From assembly GCF_009914755.1 (NCBI RefSeq), contig NC_060942.1: a stretch of 64,000 bases of DNA. The stretch is one strand, 5' to 3'. The number at the start of each line of letters is the position of its first letter. Position 1 is the stretch's first letter. The notes beneath the pieces were generated by a model, which was given only the letters and a program-made list of their open reading frames with translations, was not told where the DNA came from and made no database searches. The stretch comes from the human T2T-CHM13v2.0 reference genome, Homo sapiens. This document shows, in pieces, positions 49,151 through 64,000 of the stretch. A program made the position numbers and the translations under genes.

Positions 49151-49589
49151 GGGCGAGGCATGGTGGCTTATGTGTGTAATCCTCGCACTTTGAGAGGCCA
49201 AGGTAAAAGGATCACTTGAGGCCAGGAGTTCAAGACCAGCCTGAGCAAAAAAGCAAGACTTCATCTCTACAAAAAATTTAAAAATTAGCTGGGCATGGTG
49301 GTGTGCACCTGTAGTCTCAGCTACTTGGGAGGCTGAGGCAGGAGGACTGCTTGAGCCCAGGAGTTCAAGTTTTCTATACTACTGTTCAAGACCAGTATGG
49401 CCAACATGGTGAAACCCCATCTCTACTAAAAATACAAAAATTAGCTGGGCATGGTGGCTGGCGCCTGTAATCCCAGCTACTCGGGAGACTGAGGCAGGAG
49501 AATCACTTCAACCTGGGACGTGGAGGTTGCAGTAAGCGGAGATGGCACCACAGCACTCCAGCCTGGGAGACAGAGCAAGACTCCATCTC

Positions 49590-49606
<17 letters not shown>
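49151..49606 (+). mobile_element. Chimeric Alu (J-like 5' part joined to S-like 3' part)
   Basis: First Alu breaks at GTTCAAG in its right arm; second resumes at GTTCAAG in its left arm. Confidence 0.85.
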
Positions 49607-49639
<33 letters not shown>

Positions 49640-49670
49640 CACACACACACAGACACACACACACACACAT
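49607..49670. repeat. Compound (TA)n(CA)n microsatellite at an Alu tail
   Basis: Direct reading. Confidence 0.93.
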
Positions 49671-50270
49671 ATGGATATGAAGGCCAAATTATATTTTACC
49701 ACAGTTTACATCTTACAAAATACATCTTACAGAATAGTTTTCTCTTGTTAGCTTCTTTAATAAAGCCCAACTAATTGAAAACTACCATATTCTAAAACAA
49801 ATTTGACTTTACAGACTTTATTTTTCATTTTGAACCTCTGATACACATTGTGAAGATTTATTCTCTACTTAGTTGCTAAATAGCAAAAGAGACTACCATA
49901 TGCTAGGTGCCATATGACTTAAATAGTGCCTGAACAGATGTCTCAACACGAACTGTGGACCGAGGACTGAGGAGATGTACCAGGAGAAACAGACACAGCC
50001 TATCCCTTCCATAAATTTTCTGAGTAATCTAGTAATTTTCCACTTTCAGGGCATAAATGGCAGGAAGATAGAAGCATAACCATTCATAGATATAGTTCTT
50101 TTATTAATACCATCATAAGCTTAATCATCCTGTTTTTGTCTGTTTTAGATATTTCATAAACTTTAGATACTTGTTACCATGAAGCAACATTAATGGTCCA
50201 AATACATGCTTAGGAATACTTACAAGTGTTTGAAAATACTGGTTCTGCAAGGTTTCAAAAAATATTCCAA

Positions 50271-50302
50271 ATATATATATATGTGTGTGTATATATATAT
50301 AT
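50271..50302. repeat. (TA)n(TG)n(TA)n microsatellite
   Basis: Direct reading. Confidence 0.85.
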
Positions 50303-51247
50303 AAAGAAGTTTTCATAAGAATCCACCATTGAGAGAGCGTCGAATTCTTTTGTCCAAAAGAGTCAAATGTTACTTCATTTCTTTGACAAGCTAATGTTAA
50401 AACAAGATTTTTGAAATGAACTTCCACAGCGGAACAGTTTAAGAATTGCCGAACCTTGCCGTATGCCACACTGCAGTGTAGCACATCAGGGTCCATTCAA
50501 CTCACACTGGCATGCTTCTTATAGAATTATGTTTACATAATGTTACATAAAAAAAAAATTAAAATTGCTAAGCTTCTAGAAAAGTGACCAACTGGGAATC
50601 ACTGCAAATACGTTTTAGCTGGTTAATATTTAGAGACTAAACTGTCATGAATAAACGCAAAAAGGCCAGTATGTTGCCTTATTTGGCCTGCTGTAAGAAT
50701 CTGATGCTGTTGATTTTCAGGAAAAAAGTTATTTTTCGTACTAAAAACGTTTTTAAAGTCATGAAAGCTGTGAGAAGATCATATTGGAAAAGCTTAACTT
50801 TAGAGACATAAAAAGCTCACAATCTGTCATTTTTCATGATTACGCTGAACAATTTTTAATTGGGTAAGTTTTTAAAATAGTGGGAAAACACTTGTTTCTT
50901 TATGTGAACAAATTAATCCCTTGTACAGACAACCTCCACTGTTATCCTAGTGTAAAAAAAAAAAGTCCACATTTCCTTAGCCTAACATTTAAGATGCTCA
51001 ATAAACTAAATTTGTTTCAGCCAGATTGTTCTCCTGGAAATGTTTGTTTACCTAAAAACAGTCTTCAAAATATTGGTGAATATTGGATGTTGAATGCTGA
51101 ATATTGACATGTTACTTGAATATTGGAAACAATAATTATCCATATTCAGAAGTTTCCCTACTTGACAAAAAAAACTATTTTCTTTCAAGGCCTAGTTCAA
51201 ATGCCATCCTCCCCCAGGAAGCCTTCCTTAAATATCACTGTGGAGAA

Positions 51248-51405
51248 TGGGTGCAGTGGCTCATGCCTGTAATGCCAACACTTTGGGAGGCCAAGGCAGG
51301 AGGATCACTTGAGTTCAAGGTTGCAATGAGCTATGACCACACCACTGCACTTCAGCCTGTGCGACAGAGAAAGACCCTGTCTCTAAAAACAACAACGACG
51401 ACAAA
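51248..51405 (+). mobile_element. Alu monomer (FAM/FLAM-like or internally deleted)
   Basis: Single-arm Alu with TSD AAATATCAC. Confidence 0.8.
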
Positions 51406-52197
51406 ATATCACCATGGGACATGACAGCAGCTGCTCCTGGACTCCAACAGCGGCCACACCCACTTGTTATAGGGGCATGAGGCATTGAATGTATGTTGTC
51501 TCTCTGTGACCCTCTGTAAACTCTAAACCTCCTTACCCCCATCCAAACACCAAGCTTTGCCAAAATAAAACCTCTCAAATATTTATTAAATGAATAAGGA
51601 AACTAATAAAATATCTTATTCCACATCTTGCTACCATAATTCTTTTAATATAAAATATAATCTGAATCCAAATGGCTTCACTTATTATATTTTACCTTAA
51701 AAGAATTATGGTCCTTTAGTTTAAAAATGTGAAATGAAAACTTTTTCATTTATATTACTATAGGTTGGTTGATTAGGGCAGATTGAGAAATAAGTAATTT
51801 TTAACTACATTTTGTTTTTTACTTGTGGCACAAGAAAATATATTTTGCCTGTTTTTCAACATTTAACTGAAATATTTCCATCATTTGGGACAAGTATTTA
51901 AAAGAAAAAAACTGGATGAAGGCATTTTATTTCCCCATCCTTACCCTTCTGGTAATGGTGCTACCTTGAATATGTATGTGGCTTTTTTTAATAATTAAAC
52001 ACAAACAGGAGAGAGACTAAATAGTCCAAAAACTACAAAATCTAGTGACAAAGCTAAAGATCAGAGAAAATACAGAAAATAACAAAATGGGATGATTTAT
52101 CTTTTGTGGTGTAAAAAAATGCAATACATAATGACTATATACATGAAAGACCTGATCTAACCTAAATGATTGAAGTCCATTTTAAAATGGACTTTCA

Positions 52198-52506
<309 letters not shown>

Positions 52507-53814
52507 TCATATCAGATTGGAATTATATAAATGCTTCAATGAAAATCAGTACTCTCTTTTCAAAACAGGGAAAAAATGTTTGCACATAAAAATCAACTAA
52601 CCTTCTAAAAACTACTCCATAAAACTATAACTTGAAAAATATCAAAAGAGGTCATGCTGAAAGACATAAAAATAGAAATCTATTTTTTGTTCAAATTAAA
52701 ATGACTACCTTGAATACAATCATCCACTGAAGAAGTACCTCTGACCATTTAATCTATATATCTACATCTATATAATTTATATTCATTGCACTGGAGGATA
52801 TAAAATATATAGCTCAAAGTGGCATGTATTAAATGAATAATAAAAAGATAATATCAGGGATGTTGTGAGACATAACTAGCAAGTTGTGCATACTTTTAAA
52901 AAATATTAAAATTTCAGAGAAGAGCATTGTCATTATGGACTAGAATAATCCATAGTTTGATGAAAAGATGTTGCACTTGAGTTGGATCTTAAAGAACAAG
53001 GAACATTTTTGTATTGCTAAATATAAACCCAATAAGCACTTCTAAAATAGAGTGCCAAATATACTAGTCCTGAGGGAAGATAGTTTCAGAATTATGATCA
53101 ATGAGAACTCTAGCAAGGTGAGAGGTTTTCATCTGCCAGTTATGGAGTGGCAGCCACGTGGCAGGCACCAGCTAAGTGCTGGAGAAAAAGGGGTAAGTTG
53201 GACAGACAGTCTTTGTTTTTACAGAGCTTGCTGTCTAGCAAGGAAAATGGAAAATAAAACAATTACTATTGAAAGAATAATACTGATCAAAGGGAGACTT
53301 TAGAAGAGTAAGAGGAGAAGGATATTATTATTTGGAAAAAATAAAATGAATTACATTTAAAAATTTAGAAAAGAGTACAAGTCACAAAGACCTGGAGTCA
53401 AACAAAACAGGAGAGAAGCCAGCAGAACTACAGAATGTGTTTTGTACTCTCTTGCAAAAGAGAATGAAGTGAGGCAATAAGGAAGTTAATTTTAATCAAA
53501 CTGAGGAAATCTTCATCAAAGGGTATAACTGGGTTTGCATCACTTCTGATTGAATTGTCCAATGGGTTCCCCACCTTATGGTAAGTCCTTATGAGAAAAA
53601 CGGAGTCAATGAAGTAAATGGTAACTAGGGTTGAGCCACATATGATCTAGAAAGGGCCACCTATGGCCAAGGTCAAGAGAGGAGTCTTGGAAAGGTCTGT
53701 GCCACAAAGAATAAGGTGCAGAACTGGATGACATAAGAGAGTTTATCCATTCTGAGTGCTTGAGAGAGCTTCAGGGTATGATGCTTGCCTGTCTTCTAGA
53801 CTTTGGCAGAAGTA

Positions 53815-54140
53815 GGCCAGGCATGGTGGCTCACACCTGCAATCCCAGCACTTTGGGAGGCCAAGGCAGGCAGATCACCTGAGATCAGGAGTTCCAGACC
53901 AACCTGGCCAACATGGTGAAACCCTGTCTCTACTAAAAATACAAAAATTAGCTGGGCGAGGTGGTACTTGCCTGTAATCCCAGCTACCCGGGAGGCTGAG
54001 GCAGGAGAATCGCTTGAACCAGGAGGCAGAGGTTGTAGTGAGCCGAGATCGTGCCACTGCACTCCAGCCTGGGCAACAGAGAGAGACTCTGTCTCAAAAA
54101 TAAAATAAAATAAAATAAAATAAAATAAAATAAAATAAAA
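53815..54140 (+). mobile_element. Alu (S-like) with (TAAAA)n tail
   Basis: 18-bp TSD TAGACTTTGGCAGAAGTA. Confidence 0.93.
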
Positions 54141-54808
54141 TAGACTTTGGCAGAAGTAAAAGTGAGCAATAAATCACGTAGTCTCATAGCCACACTGTCT
54201 CACCTATTGGATTCTTCAACCTTGCTGCCTGAAAGAAAGCTTGGACCAAAGACAGAAGCTCACTCTCCAGTGCCCTGTACGACAGGCCTGAATAGGGGCA
54301 ACTGTTGTGGCCTGTACCTTTGCTTGCTCTTTCTGTCCCTTCTAACACCTGAGGAGGCTGGGCCTGCCCAGAGAGAGAAATGGAAACAGGAAGCATTACA
54401 TTAAAGAGTGGCTAGTGCTATGGTAGACAAAGTGCAGGGTGATCTGAAAACACATAAGAACATAGTCTTAGAGAAGTCAAGGAGGAGTTTCTGGAAACTA
54501 CATGTAAAAGATGAGAAAAAGCGATTTCATACCTTGGAAACAACATACGCTAAGACCCAAATGCATGAGAAAAGGTCACTGTTGCTGCACAGAGTGTAGA
54601 AGGAAGGAAGGAATAGTTAAGAGAGGAAGCAGCTGAAGTGAGTAGACACACAGGTCATAAAGTCAGTCAACTTAGAGTTTAGATTATACCCTAAGGCACT
54701 GAATGCTTCTGTTAAGGCTGTGACCATTCCAATTGGTGTTTCAGAAGCATCTAACTATTCTGTGGAATATTCCATGGAGGTAAATGAAGGAATATAAGAG
54801 TGGAGGCA

Positions 54809-55104
54809 GGACTGGGTGCAGTGGCTCACGCCTGTAATCCCAGCACTTTGGGAGGCCAAGGCAGGCAGATCACCTGAGGTCAGAAGTTCGAGACTAGCCT
54901 GGCCAACATGGTGAAACCCTGTCTCTACTAAAAATACAAAAATTAGCTGGGCATGGTGGCACACGCCTGTAATCCCAGCTACTTGGGAAGCTGGGGCAGG
55001 AGAATCACTTAAACCTGGAAGGCGGAGGTTGCAGTGAGCCGAGATCGGCCATTGCACTCCAGCCTGGGTGACAGAGCAAGACTGTCTCAAAAAAAAAAAA
55101 AAAA
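54809..55104 (+). mobile_element. Alu (S-like)
   Basis: TSD GTGGAGGCAG. Confidence 0.93.
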
Positions 55105-55235
55105 ATTGTGGAGGCAGTGTGTCCAGCCAAGAAGTTGTGGTAATCAATGGGAAAGATGGCTATGGCCTATTTTAGCATAATGGTAGGGGGACATAGGAAG
55201 AGAAACAAAGTAAAGTGATATTAAGAGACAGGACT

Positions 55236-55316
55236 ATCTATAGCCTGAACACACCCAATCTCAGCTAATCTCGGAAGCTAAGCAGAGTCAAGCCTGGTTA
55301 GTACTTGAATGGGAGA
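55236..55316 (+). pseudogene. 5S rRNA pseudogene, 3'-truncated
   Basis: CCTGAACACACCCAATCTCAGCTAATCTCGGAAGCTAAGCAGAGTCAAGCCTGGTTAGTACTTGAATGGGAGA aligns to 5S rRNA up to ~nt 90, with CpG decay and a short 5' deletion. Confidence 0.9.
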
Positions 55317-55742
55317 ACTGATCAACAAAATATATTTGGAGAAAGAGGAAGAACAATGACTCCAAAGTTTGGTCTTGGGAAATTGAGTGAATTGATGATG
55401 TATTTTTAGGGATGAAGAACAGAAAGAATGAGGACAAGAAAAGAGAAGGAAAAGAACAACAGCAAAAAAGGGGGATTTCTTTTTTGTGGAAAGGAAACTC
55501 CTGCTCTACATCAATCCCCCTCTACCCTTGAACTTCTGAGTAGAAGACAATGAAGATTTAAACACTATCTTAACTACAACAGCCAAGCTAATGTAATTGT
55601 CCTCAACAAATTCTACCTTACATTGTAGATCTGGTTATAAATCTGAAAAACTTCTCCTGTTCCTCCTATTCCTAGATCAAATGTTCAGGGGTCAACACTG
55701 AATTTTTGATATTCATTCCAGACTGTTTATTGTTTTTTCCTG

Positions 55743-56042
55743 TTTTTTTTTTTTTTTTTTTTTGAGATGGAGTTGGGCTCTGTCACCCAGGCTGCAATGC
55801 AATGGCATGATCTTGGCTCACTGTAACCCCCACCTCCCGGGTTCAAGCAATTCTCCTGCCTCAGGATCGAGTAGCTGGGATTACAGGCACACGCCACAAC
55901 ATTCGGCTAATTTTTGTATTTTTTAGTAGAGACAGGGTTTCGCCATGTTGGGCAGGCTGGTCTCGAACTCCTGACCTCAGGTGATCTGCCGCCTCAGCCT
56001 CCCAAAGTGCTCGGATTACAGGCATGAGCCACCATGCCAGCC
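55743..56042 (-). mobile_element. Alu (S-like)
   Basis: Reverse Alu, TSD CTGTTTATTG. Confidence 0.92.
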
Positions 56043-56047
56043 TGTTT

Positions 56048-56231
56048 ATTGGTTAAGAACACACCCTGGAGCCAGGCTGCCCAGGGCCAAATGCTAACTC
56101 TGGTTTTTACAAGCTCTGTGACCTTAAGTAAGTTATATAGGCTCCCTGTGCCTCAGTCAACTTACCTGTAAAATGGAAAGAATAGTTGTATATACTGCAT
56201 AGGGCTGTTACCAGGCACAAATAAGTTAATA
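56048..56231 (+). mobile_element. MIR
   Basis: TGGTTAAGAAC...TGTGACCTT..GTAAGTTA...CTGTGCCTCAG...CTGTAAAATGG. Confidence 0.7.
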
Positions 56232-56358
56232 TAGATGCTCCGCAACTTACAGTATGGTTATATCCCAATAAACCCATCATAAACTGAAAATGTCACTTTC
56301 ACACTATTGTAAAGTTGAAAAATCATAAGTTGAACCATTGTAAGTTAGGGACTATCTA
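56232..56358 (+). mobile_element. Internally deleted MER47 (Tigger family) inserted in a MIR
   Basis: AGATGCTCC..ACTTAC left end, GTAAGTTAGGGACTATCT right end, TA flanks. Confidence 0.7.
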
Positions 56359-56685
56359 TACGTCAAATACACAGGACAATGTACAAAAAAAGGCTATATG
56401 TGTTTGCTTTATACTAGATAATATAAATTGTAGAGTATTGACATGTTTTATATTAGAAAGAGCATGGGACACTGGTGGTACCTAGCAGACTAGGCTGATG
56501 GGACCATCTCTCCAATCACAATCCATAAAGACACCGAATAAAACAGTAAAATAATGTAGTGCAGAGTTTGAAAGAATAAAATCCCAGATATGCTAGAAAG
56601 AAAGAAACAAACAAAAGGCAAGGCTGATGCAACAGGCCTAACCAGTGATGCCTGGTAGGAAGGTCAAGGATAGAGGTGGGTGTCA

Positions 56686-57149
<464 letters not shown>

Positions 57150-57499
57150 CTAGTGACAGTGGGAGTAGAAAACTGCCCTTGTGCTCAGGGATGCAGGGAA
57201 GAAGGACACTTTCTTGCCTAAGCTCTGGGTGGGAAACCTGAGAAACTGAAGCCCCTAGCTTGTAGCATGCCTAGATATGAAATCCAAATTTAAAACTAGT
57301 AGCCCAGAAGCAGAGAAACCTTTACAGCCTCAACAGCGACACACACAAAACTACTCTATATGGACACCTCCAAACCCAAGAAGCAGGAAAAACAAAAACA
57401 AAATAAAACACAACAAACAAAAAAACCCACAAGCTCTACTGAAGATGAGCTGTCCATAAAGTTACAATCCATTGTGATGGACATTCAGCAGAAGAAACA

Positions 57500-58620
<1,121 letters not shown>

Positions 58621-59146
58621 GTGGCATTAACTGTGGAAACCCTCTTGGCAAAAGAATGCAAAATATGCCACAGTTCTGATGGTTTCTTCCCTATTTCATG
58701 TCTCTAAAAGGTCTCTTTGACTTGTACACTCGTTAAATTTACTAACTTGACAGAAATTTATTGTTTCTCCCTGAGTTTGAGAGATATAAGGTATAAATTT
58801 AAGCTAGATAAGTAGGTCATTCATTTCACTCACTCATTCATCACACACAGAGAGAAAGAGAGACGGCGAGAGAGAGGAGAGAGAGACCCCCATCACATGC
58901 CAAGTTCTGTTGAGGTACCAAAGATAATCGGCAAACAGGTAAAAATCCCTGCCCTGAAGTTTATACCACGGTGGGAAAGGCAGACAATCAACTACACACA
59001 CTCATAGGAAGTCTGATAAGTAACAAAAGAGAAACTGCAGTAAGGTAGAGGGGTAACAAGTGCTGAGGGGAGGTGAACTTCACAGAGGATGAGGTACCAG
59101 CTAAGGGTCTCAGCAGGGAAGAGCTGGCCTGCTCAAAGGTAACTGA

Positions 59147-59435
59147 GGTCTGGGCACAGTGGCTCACGCCTGTAATCCCAGCACTTTGGGAGGCTGAAGT
59201 GGGTGGATCACTTGAGGTCAGGAGTTCAAGGCCAGCCTGCCCAAAAGGGAGAAACTCCGTCTCTACTAAAAATATAAAAATTAGCCGGGTGTGGTGGCTC
59301 GCGCCTGTGGTCCCAGCTACTCAGGAGGCTGAGGCAGGAGTATCGCTTGAACCTGGGGGCGGAGGTTGCAGTGAGCCAAGATCGCACCACTGCCTCTAGC
59401 CCAGGCGACAGAGAGGGACTCCCGTCTCAAAAAAA

Positions 59436-59467
<32 letters not shown>

Positions 59468-59470
59468 AAT
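59147..59470 (+). mobile_element. Alu (S-like)
   Basis: Alu with long A tail. Confidence 0.92.
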
Positions 59471-59489
59471 TAAAACGTTAACTGAGAAG

Positions 59490-59850
59490 AATTTGAAAAA
59501 GAGATTGCTCACAAAGGTGAGGAGGGTTGAAGTAACAGAGACTGGCGTGCGGGACACAGTTACCATCCTGGCACAGAGGGGGAAAGGGGAGAGGACAGTA
59601 TTGCTAAGCCCAGCAAGAGCTGGAGTCTAGATCAGGCCAGTGGCCAGGCAGAGGAACCCGGCAGCACTGCGGAACCACAGTCCGGCTGGAGAGAATGAAG
59701 GTAAAGCCCTGAAACGACTTCCTCTCCCGTCCCTCCGCAGGTCTCCCGACAGAGCCTCCCATTTGCTGAATCCAATCACAAGTCCGAGGGCCAAGAAGCC
59801 CCAGGGCTGAGGCTGCAGTACACAAAGCAGGGCAGAGCAGACGAGGAGGA
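59490..59850 (-). mobile_element. Old MLT1-type LTR fragment
   Basis: GCCTCCCATTTGCTGAATCCAATCACAAGTCCGAGGGCCAAGAAGCCC resembles reverse MLT1J/K. Confidence 0.45.
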
Positions 59851-60399
59851 GCAAACCAGCGCAGGAGGCCAGGAAAATCCTCTGTGTGCAGGCACCTTTT
59901 GAAGAAAGACCTAGGGAAGGAAGGGAGTGACTACGCCACTCAGGAGAAAAGCCTTCCAGAAGAGGGAACAGCACACGAAAGGCCACTGGCAGGCGTAGGC
60001 CAGGCCAATGAGGCTGGAGAGGAGCCAGAAAGGGAACTGGGAGGTGGGGGGCTGAGGGGTGGAAGGGGCTGGAAGGCTCTGCAGGTCATTAGAATGACTC
60101 TGTCTCTCACTCCAAGTGAGAAGATCTGGAAGCCACTGGATGTTTCCAGCAAAGGACCTCAATCCACTGACATTTTGGGAGGATTTGGGGCAGAAGCTGT
60201 AGGGGGAAGGGTGAAATCTGGGGACAGCAAGTAGGTTTTCAGATGTCCACGTGGGAGGCAATGGTGGCTTGGACCAGGTGGCAACAGAGAAAGTGGTAAG
60301 TTTGTTTACTCAAAGCCCAGATTTTGAGGAAACAGTTTTAAGTAGGCTAAATAGAAGTGCTTTTCCTCTCAGATTTTTTTTTTCAGTTTTATTTTCTTG

Positions 60400-64000
<3,601 letters not shown>

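Noticed and set aside
54097-54140. Regular (TAAAA)n array and other short repeats as CRISPR-like arrays
   Set aside because: Alu tail microsatellites with no spacers; eukaryotic DNA.

Overview
Primate (almost certainly human) genomic DNA from inside OSBPL1A (ORP1L/ORP1S oxysterol-binding protein), transcribed on the minus strand. There are two coding exons: 47167-47273 (EMLPSFLQK...KQEG) and 5546-5708 (VRNFKLEQ...EFYDALS, carrying the FFAT motif). They are separated by a ~41.5 kb intron. That intron holds a CpG island (~37730-38560) with a strong minus-strand splice donor, consistent with the internal promoter and first exon of the short ORP1S isoform. The rest is mostly repeats: more than 30 Alus, a full-length old L1MA with nested LTR8, MER4A and Alus, L1PA/L1PB/L1M and L2/MIR relics, MLT1, MER1B, MER47 and a 5S rRNA pseudogene. 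Nearly all ORFs in the supplied track are repeat-derived or GC-rich noise. No prokaryote-type system is present. The two best leads: (1) a CUG in perfect Kozak context in the presumed ORP1S first exon is in frame with the FFAT exon, suggesting an FFAT-containing non-AUG ORP1 proteoform; (2) a promoter-dependent reconstituted 5' splice site at the start of the FFAT exon. Repeat boundaries and subfamilies were read by eye and are approximate.
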